NCBI GenBank assembly: GCA_963701295.1
Contig: OY969585.1
Location: 2,944,001 to 3,008,000, forward strand
Direction: 5' to 3'
Source: Ignavibacteriota bacterium
GTDB lineage: Bacteria > Bacteroidota > Ignavibacteria > UBA10030
DNA: 64,000 nt
Part shown: one piece after another, positions 53,299 to 63,474 of the stretch
Layout: each line of letters starts with the position of its first letter
Position numbering within the stretch: the stretch's first letter is position 1
Notes under the pieces: model-generated
Told to the model about the DNA's origin: nothing
What the model saw: only the letters and a program-made list of their open reading frames with translations
The model's database searches: none
Made by a program: the position numbers and the translations under genes

Positions 53299-54222
53299 TT
53301 ATATCTTTAAAATTGAATTTATAATTGTTACAGCTTCACCGGCTATACTGATGTTTTCAATTTTTTTCTGTCTCATATGAACGCGTATTTTGACTCTTCC
53401 CGTTCGACGAATCTCGTCCCCCTGCTCTCCAACAAATTCCAATTTGCCATCTGATAACTCCCGACACACAACGGGATATCCAGCAGATAATACATACTTT
53501 TGCAGGTAACATCCAAGCGGGCCATTTGCCGATCCAGTGACGGGATCTTCATTGATGCCATAATTCGGCGCAAAGAACCGTGAATGCACTGCTGAATTCT
53601 TTTCTTTTGTCTCCAATGAAAACAAGCTCACTCCATTCAGCTTCATTTTCTTTAACTCATTGGCTAATGCCGAAAAGTCCGGTTTGATTTTTTCTATCAC
53701 TGCAAGACCATTCATGGGAACATAGAGATACAAGTCGGTAACAATAGGTAAATCCTTTTTTATTTCCTTTGCTGTAAGGTCAAGTGCGCGCAACATCGTT
53801 GCCGGAAGTTTCTTTTTGATCTTGAATTTTGGTACCGGCAGCTCAAATTCTATTGTTGTGTCGTAGAAATTCTTCTCAACTCGTACAGCTAAAATACCGC
53901 TCTTCGTCTGCAAACGGAAGTAATGCTGACCATTTGTGCTCATTCCTTCCAACCCCTCTTCAGCAAGTGCGTGGAAGCTCGCAATGGTCGCATGTCCACA
54001 TAGCGGAACTTCGTTCATGGGCGAAAACCATCGAATGCGTAAATTCGCATCCTGCTCTGTTGCCGGAAGAATGAACGCAGTCTCTGGACAATTCACCTCA
54101 CGCGCGATGAGCTGCATCTGAGTATCTGACAATCCGCCGGCATCGAGAACCACACCCGCAGGGTTTCCCGCATATGGTTTCTTGGTAAATGCATCGACTA
54201 TTTTAATTCGATAGGTCTTCAT
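53299..54222 (-). CDS. PhzF family isomerase/epimerase
   Basis: VDAFT, GNPAGV, EVPLCGHAT and EDPVTGSA; start set at ATG 54222. Confidence 0.93.
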   Translation of the reverse strand: MKTYRIKIVDAFTKKPYAGNPAGVVLDAGGLSDTQMQLIAREVNCPETAFILPATEQDANLRIRWFSPMNEVPLCGHATIASFHALAEEGLEGMSTNGQHYFRLQTKSGILAVRVEKNFYDTTIEFELPVPKFKIKKKLPATMLRALDLTAKEIKKDLPIVTDLYLYVPMNGLAVIEKIKPDFSALANELKKMKLNGVSLFSLETKEKNSAVHSRFFAPNYGINEDPVTGSANGPLGCYLQKYVLSAGYPVVCRELSDGKLEFVGEQGDEIRRTGRVKIRVHMRQKKIENISIAGEAVTIINSILKI

Positions 54223-54226
54223 TGTT

Positions 54227-54646
54227 TTATTTTCCCATGAATTGAATGACAATATCGCGATATCGCGTTCTTGTATCGAAATCAATCAGTACGATTTGCT
54301 GCCAAGTTCCAAGCAGCATTTTTCTGTCTGAGAAAGGAACAACGATCGATGGTCCCAAAAGCGAAGCCCGTATATGCGCATGACCATTTCCGTCTCCCCA
54401 AGTATCATCGTGGTGATAGCGGGAGCTGCTTGGTGCAAGCCGTTCAAACATCTCAGGAATATCTTTTCGCAATCCCGGTTCAAATTCTGTCGTTGTTATA
54501 GATGCAGTCGAACCGACAACGAAGATAGTCACATTTCCTTCTTTCAGCGTCTGTTGATGAAGGAGAGCGGCAACTTTCTCGGTAATATCGACGACTTCCG
54601 AATTTCCCTTTGTTGACACTTTGATATGCTCGGTTACTACTTCCAT
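54227..54646 (-). CDS. yjbQ: YjbQ / UPF0047 protein
   Basis: GNGHAHIRASLLG and LGTWQ motifs. Confidence 0.92.
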   Translation of the reverse strand: MEVVTEHIKVSTKGNSEVVDITEKVAALLHQQTLKEGNVTIFVVGSTASITTTEFEPGLRKDIPEMFERLAPSSSRYHHDDTWGDGNGHAHIRASLLGPSIVVPFSDRKMLLGTWQQIVLIDFDTRTRYRDIVIQFMGK

Positions 54647-55506
54647 AGTTGTAATGCTGTTAATATGTTTTGATTCTTGATAAAATACACAAACTTATCT
54701 TTCACAAAGAATGTATCAGGACTCGGGACTTGCACACCTTTTACGATTATCTCGTTGAACCGTTTTTCTCTTTGTTCTGTGTCGTATACGGCAAAAATAT
54801 TTTCTAATGTCGCTGATGTCGAAGAATTTTCTTTCTGATAATAACTCACCAAAAGGATATTGCTCCGAAGGAGATATTCTATCCACCCTTCTAGCGCATT
54901 TCCTCCTGTGATCTGCCGAATAATAATGTCTACTTCCGAATCGGCCTGTCTCTGACTATATAATTTTGGAAATATCGTTCTTTGCATGCCTTCAGATTCT
55001 TTTTGCAAAATCTGTCTTTGTAATTCATGTAAAGAATCCAGATTTTCGGCAAATTCATTGAGCACTGTTCCTGTGTTGATATCGATTTCGTAATCAAGAC
55101 GTTTTTCGAAAATATATTTATATGCATAAAGGTTTTGATTATGCGTAAACCAATAGATTAGCTCATCGTTTCTCCATAAAATCTTGCCCGTTGCAAGTTC
55201 TACTATATGAATGCCGCGATGTTGCGGCATATCAGGCCTGGCAAATCTATGCAAAATTATCCATTTGTCATAGACCGTTTCAATTCCTATCCACCACGGT
55301 TCATCAAATTCAATTCCCTTCCATAACGATTTGCCGGTACGTGCATCGACACAAAAAAAACTCGCCGATTTTGCTTCTTGATTGCGCGTTTCGCCTACAA
55401 TTGTATTTTGCGACGAAATAAATATTCGCCAAATAAGCACGCCTGTGCTGAATTCCCATATCGGCTTTAATTGTTTTGAGCGGAATAATGGGAAAAAGCC
55501 AGCCAT
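54637..55506 (-). CDS. DUF4905-like beta-propeller protein
   Basis: IWR, EPWW, P.HRGI and PDTFF motifs; start uncertain. Confidence 0.6.
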   Translation of the reverse strand: MAGFFPLFRSKQLKPIWEFSTGVLIWRIFISSQNTIVGETRNQEAKSASFFCVDARTGKSLWKGIEFDEPWWIGIETVYDKWIILHRFARPDMPQHRGIHIVELATGKILWRNDELIYWFTHNQNLYAYKYIFEKRLDYEIDINTGTVLNEFAENLDSLHELQRQILQKESEGMQRTIFPKLYSQRQADSEVDIIIRQITGGNALEGWIEYLLRSNILLVSYYQKENSSTSATLENIFAVYDTEQREKRFNEIIVKGVQVPSPDTFFVKDKFVYFIKNQNILTALQLWK

Positions 55507-55560
55507 GATGCAGGTGAACATACCAATATTTTTGGGGAGTATCAACCGATGGAAAAAACG

Positions 55561-55591
55561 AAAAGCCAGCCCTGCTTCATAGGACTGGCTT
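55561..55591 (-). terminator. Intrinsic terminator after gpx
   Basis: Minus strand AAGCCAGTCC..GGGCTGGCTT followed by a T run. Confidence 0.65.
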
Positions 55592-55619
55592 GTATAGTGC
55601 CACTCATTGCTAAAGAGAT

Positions 55620-56195
55620 CTACTTTTCACTCAAGAGCAGTTCTATCTTATCTATTACTTCTTTCTCTTCAGGTCCTGTTCCTGGCGCAAATTTTTCTAC
55701 TACGTTCCCTTTCCTATCTATAAGGTATTTTTGGAAATTCCATGTCACAGCTCCTGGGACAGAAGATTTTTTCGTGAGATATTGATAGAGTGAGTCTTGA
55801 TCGCTTCCCTTGACGCTGATTTTTGAAAACATGTCAAATGTAACGCCATAATTTAATGTACAGAATTGTTTAATCTCATCATTTGTACCTGGCTCCTGCC
55901 AAAGAAAATTATTTGCAGGGAAACCAAGAATCATAAATCCGCGGTCTTTGTACTTTTCATAGATTGATTCAAGCCCTTTGTATTGCGGCGTATAACCACA
56001 CTTTGAAGCAACATTAACAATCATTAAGACTTTGCCTTTGTATTCAGAAAGCGGTTTATCTTTTCCATCAATTGTTTTCATGGAAAACGAATAGAGCTTT
56101 GGTTGTTGTTCCATAAGCTTCTCCTCAGTTTGTGCGGATATTGTCATCGGTACCGTGAATACAATCACTAACACAAATCTTATTGTATTTTTCAT
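55620..56195 (-). CDS. gpx: Cys-type glutathione peroxidase with signal peptide
   Basis: NVASKCGYT, GFPANNF..QEPG and WNFQKYL motifs. Confidence 0.95.
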   Translation of the reverse strand: MKNTIRFVLVIVFTVPMTISAQTEEKLMEQQPKLYSFSMKTIDGKDKPLSEYKGKVLMIVNVASKCGYTPQYKGLESIYEKYKDRGFMILGFPANNFLWQEPGTNDEIKQFCTLNYGVTFDMFSKISVKGSDQDSLYQYLTKKSSVPGAVTWNFQKYLIDRKGNVVEKFAPGTGPEEKEVIDKIELLLSEK

Positions 56196-56276
56196 TGTTG
56201 TATCCTCTCAAATATTTCTTCTATAGATACAACATCAAAAACGAGGCAAATAGTTTCAATTACCATGTTGATCATA

Positions 56277-56462
56277 CTAGCCAACCGGCACAATCCACCA
56301 TGCTATTAAATAAGCAACAAAGAATCGAAAAAACCCGGTTACAAGGCCAAGCACTACCACTGCAATACGGATAATAGTGGGATCAGTGTCTGTCATTTCA
56401 CCGATTCCTCCGCAGATTCCTGCAATCTTTTTGTTGGTTTGTGAGCGATAGAGTTTTTTCAT
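56277..56462 (-). CDS. pspC: PspC-domain protein
   Basis: KKLYRS..KKIAGICGGIGE and YLIAWWIVP motifs. Confidence 0.9.
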   Translation of the reverse strand: MKKLYRSQTNKKIAGICGGIGEMTDTDPTIIRIAVVVLGLVTGFFRFFVAYLIAWWIVPVG

Positions 56463-56555
56463 AACAAATTCCCAATAATGTTATTTGTGTTTTCTATGGA
56501 CTCCTGAATTGATATACGCAACAACGTGTCGACTGTTGCATCAAAGAGAATATTT

Positions 56556-56984
56556 CTATTCAATAACTACTTTTCGGAGACGCTTTGTTTCACCGCGGAC
56601 TTTCTTCATGCGAAGGCGGTCTTCTCGAGCAGTCCGTGTTGGTTTAGTAGAAATTCGTTTCTTGCGTACTTTCAATGCAGATTTGAGCAGCTCTGCCAAT
56701 CTTTCGATAGCAAACTGTTTATTATTCCATTGGCTGCGAGAATCCTGAGCAACAACTCGCAGAACACCTAAAGAATCAAGTTTTGAGAATAGATTGCTCA
56801 GTAAGCGCTGCCGAAGATGTTCGGGTATGCAAGGTGAATGAGTGACATCGAATAAAAGTTCAACTCGTGTTTCGAGCTTGTTGACGTTCTGTCCGCCAGG
56901 TCCGCCGCTTCGGCTTGTACGAAACTGCAGTTCGGCAACTGGAATCTTGAGTGAATGTGTTACAACTACATGCGATGTGAGCAT
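56556..56984 (-). CDS. arfB: Alternative ribosome rescue factor B
   Basis: SGGPGGQNVNK, RSQ..N and a basic C-terminal tail. Confidence 0.95.
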   Translation of the reverse strand: MLTSHVVVTHSLKIPVAELQFRTSRSGGPGGQNVNKLETRVELLFDVTHSPCIPEHLRQRLLSNLFSKLDSLGVLRVVAQDSRSQWNNKQFAIERLAELLKSALKVRKKRISTKPTRTAREDRLRMKKVRGETKRLRKVVIE

Positions 56985-56993
56985 GTTTTTCTA

Positions 56994-57491
56994 TTAAAAG
57001 AAATAGTAGTGCGCAGCAATTTGCGGGAGAGGAATAACCCTGCCATCCGAAAAAAAGACGAACACACCTTCTACGGATATATGTAGTGCCTCTTGCACAT
57101 GAAATTCACCGCCGACACCTGCACCCATCCGAAACGGGCCTTGTACTTCATTAGATCCGGTGCCATTATAGAAATACGCGATTGTGCCTACAATAAAGAA
57201 TCGTGTTGCATTACTTCTCACAAGGTCATATTGATATTCACCGCCAACACTCATCAAAAGTTTGTCTGATGTTTTAATGATCCCAAAAACTGCTTGAAGC
57301 GATGACTTTGATGGAAAATGAGAACGAAAACTCAGTCCGACCCCAGAACCCCATCCTGCCGACAATCCCAAACCATACACCGGTTTGCTCAAGTCTTCAG
57401 CCTTTGATAACCCCGAGGTAGTTATTTGAGCAAGAGAGATCGATATAAAGACAAACGATAGAACACACCACGAAAGAAAAATATTTTTCAT
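56994..57491 (-). CDS. Small outer-membrane beta-barrel protein
   Basis: Signal peptide, Gly/aromatic strands and C-terminal HYYF. Confidence 0.65.
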   Translation of the reverse strand: MKNIFLSWCVLSFVFISISLAQITTSGLSKAEDLSKPVYGLGLSAGWGSGVGLSFRSHFPSKSSLQAVFGIIKTSDKLLMSVGGEYQYDLVRSNATRFFIVGTIAYFYNGTGSNEVQGPFRMGAGVGGEFHVQEALHISVEGVFVFFSDGRVIPLPQIAAHYYFF

Positions 57492-57656
57492 ATGGTCTCC
57501 ACTAATTTCTCTCGAAGAAGGAATCTAAAAGTGAACCTTGGTAAGATACGATTTTCTGTAATAGAAGAAAAGAGAAGATTTAAAAAATGAGATACTCGGT
57601 AAAGTGCTAAGGCGGAAGACGTATATCCGTCGCTTTCTTTGATTGCGCAAAGGAAC

Positions 57657-58117
57657 CCCTCTGTCCCGAAGAATTATCATTCTTCGAGACACTTCCCCTT
57701 ATGAAAAAGGGGAGAACATGACAGAAAGTCCCGCTATGCGGGATGCCGCACATTTATATTTTTTGAAGCGGCAAAACGCATGTGAAATCGAATTGTATTT
57801 TCTCAATGTGGAATGTGGATTACGGATTTAATTAGATTCTCGTTATAAGATTTCGATCGGACGTAAAATAAGCATTGCCTTGCTCTGGCTCTCTTCAGTG
57901 TTGTCGATTTCGCGGGCATAGTGAAAAAGATTAAGAAAAGAGCAATGCCTCAACCCAAGAAACAGCGGTAAAAAGCAACGGAAAGACAGGCTGATTGCTC
58001 CTCTATCCCGTACAAAACGCGAATGATGGGAACAGTTTTTAACAATGCTGTCAGGACTTACGTCCTGACGGAAAGGATGTATTACTCAAGGAATTGTCGG
58101 GAGGGAACTTCCGACAC
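57657..58117. repeat. Cluster of REP-like palindromes and a short heptamer run
   Basis: tgtcccgaagaat/attcttcgagaca; tcccctt/aagggga; gtcccgc/gcgggat; aatgtgg-aatgtgg-attacgg; gtcaggac/gtcctgac; tgtcgga/tccgaca. Confidence 0.6.
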
Positions 58118-58395
58118 CACTGTGGAATAGTAGTTATTGTTCTATTTGCGTTTGATTGATCTCTAACGTACTTTATTCGCAGTTGTTTTACTTGTGATAT
58201 TATGGGAAATATGATGAGGGATCGTTTGTTTTTCAATTCAAAGAAAATAAAGTTCTTAGGTAATAAATTGTGGCGTCGAGCATGTCGTTATAGACAGATA
58301 GACGCAACTTCTCCGCCTCTTCCACCACACAAATGACGGACAGGTTTATGGATGCGTTTTTACACTGGTTAGTTTTGCGCTAACAGGAGGATTCA

Positions 58396-59781
58396 ATGAA
58401 TAGGATAATGGCAGCTGCTGTCTTGTCGTTCGGTTTTATCTTTCATCTCCCGGCACAGAACGCCAGTCATATCGATCCGATCTTGCTGATCGAACTCGAA
58501 CGCTCTTGTATTCCAGACGCTCAATTAAAAGCGGCTCAGAATACACTTTCTCAGATCGACGGTAACAAGGCTACTCAGAATTGGGAAAAGATTATTGGGG
58601 TCGATCCATATTTTTCACTCCGCTTGAAGGATCAGAAGATTACCAACCAGAAGAACACGGGGAGGTGCTGGATGTTCTCGGGGCTTAACATTATTCGCCC
58701 GGTGATCGCCAGCAAACTTGGCTGTGAGGACATCGAATTGTCACAAAGCTACCTGTACTTCTATGAAAAACTGGAAAAAGCCAACCTCTTTCTCAATGCG
58801 ATTATCCAGACTAAGGATAGACCATATACAGATCGTTCAGTAGAGAATCTCATGAAGCATAACGTGCAGGATGGTCAAAACTGGCTTGGTTTTATCGAGC
58901 TCGTCAGGAAGTACGGTGTCGTCCCGAAGGACATCATGCCAGAGACAAACAGTGCATCGAACTCTGGTCACGTGAATTATGTGCTTAGCTTGAAACTCAA
59001 GCAGGCCGCTGTAAAGATCCGGCACCAGTCAAACACCACCTTGATTGCAGAGATCAAACTGAAAACCCTGAAGGATGTCTATCGCATTCTCGCCATCAAC
59101 TTTGGCTTTCCGCCCAAAGAGTTCGCTTGGCGTTATGAGACAAAAGACAAGAGACTCTCGCCTCTGAAGTCGTACACGCCGCAACAGTTCTATCATGATT
59201 TGGTTGGGAACGTCCTCGATGAGTACTTCCCGTTATACTCCATTCCGACATTACCATTTAACAAGAAGTACGAAATCGATCTTGATCGGACCATAAGTGA
59301 TCAACAGAACATGTACTTCGTCAACTGTTCGCTTGAAACACTGAGAGAAATTACCAAAACATCGCTGATAGACAGCAATGCCGTTTGGTTTGGCTGCGAT
59401 GTCAGCCAACAATCCAGCACAGACAATGGATTAATGATCCCACGACTTTATGACTACGAATCGCTCTACGGAATGGACTTCAGTCTTTCCCGTGAGGATC
59501 TTTTCGAAACATACTCTAGTGCGCCCAATCACGATATGGTGTTTACGGGCATAGACGTCATAGATGGAAAGGTAACGAAGTGGCTTGTTGAAAATTCATG
59601 GGGGGATACCAAGGGAAAGCGGGGATACTTTTATATGCTCGACGAATGGTTCGATAAGTATGTGCAAGTGGTGGTCGTTCATAAAAAGTACATTCCCGAA
59701 AACCTGATAGCAGTCTTTCATGAACATGCTACAGTACTCCCTGCGTGGGATCCTATGCAGAAAGTACTGAACGCAGAGTAA
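58396..59781 (+). CDS. pepC: Aminopeptidase C / bleomycin hydrolase (C1B) with signal peptide
   Basis: QKNTGRCWMF, EKAN, YGVVPK, H.M and VENSWG motifs. Confidence 0.93.
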   Translation: MNRIMAAAVLSFGFIFHLPAQNASHIDPILLIELERSCIPDAQLKAAQNTLSQIDGNKATQNWEKIIGVDPYFSLRLKDQKITNQKNTGRCWMFSGLNIIRPVIASKLGCEDIELSQSYLYFYEKLEKANLFLNAIIQTKDRPYTDRSVENLMKHNVQDGQNWLGFIELVRKYGVVPKDIMPETNSASNSGHVNYVLSLKLKQAAVKIRHQSNTTLIAEIKLKTLKDVYRILAINFGFPPKEFAWRYETKDKRLSPLKSYTPQQFYHDLVGNVLDEYFPLYSIPTLPFNKKYEIDLDRTISDQQNMYFVNCSLETLREITKTSLIDSNAVWFGCDVSQQSSTDNGLMIPRLYDYESLYGMDFSLSREDLFETYSSAPNHDMVFTGIDVIDGKVTKWLVENSWGDTKGKRGYFYMLDEWFDKYVQVVVVHKKYIPENLIAVFHEHATVLPAWDPMQKVLNAE

Positions 59782-60062
59782 AATGTGTTGATAGTGCACA
59801 GGCTCATCCGAGAATTCTAATGCAGTTCTTTTTGACTGCACTTGCTTAGTGGGGTAACAGGCGTATGAAACTATCCTACCGCGCGAATGTCAACATTATA
59901 AGCTCTACGGCTTTACTCACAGAAATTTTAGTATTATGAGTCCGTAAAAACCGCTGCATAGTACTACAGGACGTTATGCGCCATTTTGCGAAATGACAAA
60001 AACACAACCCACATATTAAGAAAGTGTGTGGAATGCGACGAAGCTACTTTCTAATTATTTTT

Positions 60063-61415
60063 TTATGTCGATGCACTTCTATCCACTTTCTCCAATTTCC
60101 CGCCTTCTTGTTTATCGGCGCGGAGCAAGAGAAGTGAAAAAACCAAACCAATGACGCCGAGCATAGAAAACATGACCATGCTTGCGGTATACGTGTGTGT
60201 TGCATCTCTCAAAAGGCCGTTAAGCCATGGAAAGAGTGCAAGGCCAAAATTTTGGATCATTGTTGTCAAACCAAATGCAGTACCAACTCGATTCTTCTCC
60301 ACAAGAAGCGGAATCGAGGGCCACATTGCAGCCGGAACCATTACAAAAGCTGCTCCGAGTACGATCATAGGAAATGCCGGCGGTATCATCGTAAACGCCA
60401 TTGTAAGAAAAGCTGGGACCATCAGTATAGATCCACCAACCATGATCGTCGCTCGACGACCAAAGCGATCAAGTAATTGTCCGAAGATTGGTGCTAAAAC
60501 CATTGAGGCGAATATAATAATTGTCGTGGTACCGCCTGCCGTGCTGAACATATGGATGACATTGTAAAACACTTGAGTAAAGAATCCACCTTCCGACCCA
60601 ACCGTGAGCGGTAATCCCCATTTACTGTTGAAAAAATCTGTCGAAAGTGCTGTGAAGGGAAAGATGGCTGAGTAGAATGTCAAACAGAGCAGCGTCACAT
60701 ACCAGTAGGAGGAACGAAATTTCTTGATATCCGCAAGAACGATCTTATCGCCGCCCCCTTCTTCCTGCAATTTGAGTTCCCGTTCGCCGTGCCTATCCAA
60801 CATAATATAGAGTGCATTGGCAAGAAGCGATAAACAACAGAATATAACTGCAGCCCATAGTGCTGCACTATAACGGCCAAAGAACTCGGCAATCAACGCT
60901 TCTGTATTAAAACTGAAGAGTGTTCCCAATCGGCTGATGGTGAGCCCTACTCCAAACGCAAACGCTAGTTCCTTCCCCTTAAACCATCGTGTAAATATCG
61001 CACTTTGGGCCACAACCAATGATTCCGAACCCCAGCCAAAAATGAAACGACCAAAATAGAGAATCCAAATGTTCGGCGCTACAGCAACAATCAAGGCTCC
61101 AAGTGTTACGAGCATAGAAAAAAGAAGGCTTGCGCGTCGTGTTCCGATACGGTCAATCAACAAGCCTCCGATGAACACGGAAAGAATAGCCGCAACACTA
61201 TAGAGCGTGTACATTTGCCCTATGGATTCACGGCCGATGCCAAGCGCTTCGATGAGTGTGGGCGCAATTGCACCGACGCTGTCATATGCAAAATAACTGC
61301 CGAATGTCAGCAAGCTCACAACAAAAAGTACTGAATAACGATAAGGTCGACGAGATGGATGGAACCATGATACATTACTAAGAGCATTCAATTGATCAAT
61401 TTCAGTCATAATCAT
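60063..61415 (-). CDS. MFS transporter, MFSD1-like
   Basis: About 12 TM, GLLIDRIGTR motif A, FGSYFAYD, GRFIFGWGSES and RWFKGKELAFAFG. Confidence 0.85.
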   Translation of the reverse strand: MIMTEIDQLNALSNVSWFHPSRRPYRYSVLFVVSLLTFGSYFAYDSVGAIAPTLIEALGIGRESIGQMYTLYSVAAILSVFIGGLLIDRIGTRRASLLFSMLVTLGALIVAVAPNIWILYFGRFIFGWGSESLVVAQSAIFTRWFKGKELAFAFGVGLTISRLGTLFSFNTEALIAEFFGRYSAALWAAVIFCCLSLLANALYIMLDRHGERELKLQEEGGGDKIVLADIKKFRSSYWYVTLLCLTFYSAIFPFTALSTDFFNSKWGLPLTVGSEGGFFTQVFYNVIHMFSTAGGTTTIIIFASMVLAPIFGQLLDRFGRRATIMVGGSILMVPAFLTMAFTMIPPAFPMIVLGAAFVMVPAAMWPSIPLLVEKNRVGTAFGLTTMIQNFGLALFPWLNGLLRDATHTYTASMVMFSMLGVIGLVFSLLLLRADKQEGGKLEKVDRSAST

Positions 61416-61462
61416 CCTTTTGTTTTCTTTCTTGCGCTTTTATAAAGCCTTTTTCACAAAAT

Positions 61463-61493
61463 AAAAGCGCTGCACGTTTTTCCGTACAGCGCT
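61463..61493 (-). terminator. Hairpin terminator after pepD
   Basis: agcgctg...cagcgct stem with a T run on the minus strand. Confidence 0.55.
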
Positions 61494-61538
61494 CTAGGTT
61501 TGCGATGTCTGTACAATTTCTCCTAAACTCTGCTTAAG

Positions 61539-62997
61539 TTATTTTACGTTTTTCAAAATTGCCAGCAAGAAATTCCAGAATTTTTCTACCGTATCAATAT
61601 GGATTTTTTCATCCGGAGAATGCACTCCTTCGAGCGTCGGGCCAAACGACACCATATCTATTCCTGGATATTTTTCACCGATGATCCCGCATTCGAGCCC
61701 GGCATGAATTGCTTTTACTTCTGGCTTTTTCCCTGTAAGGTCTTTATAGGTTTCTCGTGCAATTTTCAGAATCTTCGAGTCCATGTTTGGTTTCCAACCG
61801 GGATATCCATCAGATGTCTCAGCATCTGCACCACCAAGCTGTAGGATTGATGCAACCGTGTGAACAATCTCATCGATCTCAGACGCAACAGAACTTCGCT
61901 GGCTGGTGATCAGGGTAACGCTTTTCGCATCAGTCTTGATAATCGCAACATTGGTGGAAGTTTCGACCAATCCACGAATTTCAGCGCTCATTTTCATGAC
62001 ACCGTGCGGCAATGCGGAGAGTGTTTGAAGGATTTTCTTTTGAATCGCTTTCTTCAACACCTTCCCTTTTTTCTTTCCTTTTACCTCATCAATGAGAATG
62101 GCAAGTTCGGGCTCAACTGTTGAGAGTTCCTCTCTGAGGATGGAATTATATTGCGAAACTACTGCGCTGGCGTCATTCAATTTTTTATTGGGGACGTATA
62201 CAACAGCTTCTGCTTCGCGTGGAATCGCATTACTCTTATTCCCTCCTTCTAATGTCGATATGCGCACACCAAGTTTATCAAGTTCTATCAAAACACGGTT
62301 TAGGAGCTTGAGAGAATTTCCTCGTCCTTTGTCTATCTCTAATCCTGAATGCCCGCCTTTCAATCCTTTGACCTTCACAAGAGCCGGAGCATATTTCAAA
62401 TCGATAGATTCGTACGCGGTTTTCCATGTGCCAGTAGTGTCTTTTCCACCAGAACATCCGACATACAACTCACCTTCCTCTTCAGAATCAAGATTCATGA
62501 GAATCAGTACTCGCAACAAATCCTGGTTGAAGATTATTCGCTCCGGTTAATCCAGTTTCTTCGTCGACGGTAAAGAGAAATTCCAACGGGCCATGCATAG
62601 CCGACGTGTCTTCCATAAGTGCAAGATTCGTCGCCACGGCAATGCCATTGTCGCCACCCAGCGTCGTTCCATTGGCCATTAAATAATTACCGTTCACAAC
62701 TAATTCGAGCGGATCCTTTTCAAAGTTGTGAACTTTTTCCTTATTTTTCTCGCAGACCATATCGAGATGCCCTTGCAGGCAGACCATAGGAACGTTTTCA
62801 CGTCCCTGAGATGCCGGTTTGCGCACAAGAACATTGAGCACCTTATCGCGTTTTGCTTCAAGGCCAAGCTTCTTTGCTGTCTCGACGATGTAATCAGAAA
62901 TTTTCTTTTCATTTTTTGAACCGCGCGGAATTTTGCTAATCTCTGCAAAGTATTTCCACACCAATTCCGGTTTCAAGCCTTCCAATGGATTTGACAT
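61539..62997 (-). pseudogene. pepD: Aminoacyl-histidine dipeptidase (M20C) split by a single-base frameshift near 62507
   Basis: QGHLDMV, GDNG and DEETG in 62488-62997; NLDSEE, GGHSG, HAGLECG and HSPDE in 61539-62519. Could be a sequencing error. Confidence 0.88.
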
Positions 62998-63008
62998 AGC
63001 AGCCTCTT

Positions 63009-63389
63009 TTATTTTTTTTGAGAGAATTGCGACTTTTCTTCGTTTTTCAAACCTACATCGATAAATCTATGTGAGTGCAATCGCTGAATATACCTGCGTA
63101 CCCGCGTATCGACAGGTTCAGCAATTGTACCATACTCTTGTTTCATTTTATTTGCAATATCCTGTACTGTCATTGTGCCGTCACAATAATCCCAGACAAA
63201 ACTGCCAAGGATATCAAGTTTCACACGCATATTTGTCCTGTTCTTTTTCGGCGTGAACCATTCAACGAGTTTGCTTTGTGGCTCTGGCACAAGAACGACA
63301 ACTTTTCCCTTCTCCACGAGTTCGGATGGATACAATTGTTTAGGTCTTAATTCAAAAATATCTAATGGCTTCGAATTCTGTCTTATCAA
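63009..63389 (-). CDS. PqqD/RRE-family small protein
   Basis: LDILGSFVWDYCDGTMTVQDIA winged-helix pattern. Confidence 0.8.
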   Translation of the reverse strand: MIRQNSKPLDIFELRPKQLYPSELVEKGKVVVLVPEPQSKLVEWFTPKKNRTNMRVKLDILGSFVWDYCDGTMTVQDIANKMKQEYGTIAEPVDTRVRRYIQRLHSHRFIDVGLKNEEKSQFSQKK

Positions 63390-63474
63390 CCCTAATCGCT
63401 AACTATTTATTTAAAAATATTTTGTTAAATATATAACACTTCAAACAACCATTAAGTGCCCCTGCCTTGTCAGA

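Noticed and set aside
55620-56195. Selenocysteine glutathione peroxidase
   Set aside because: The active-site codon is TGT (Cys) and there is no in-frame TGA.
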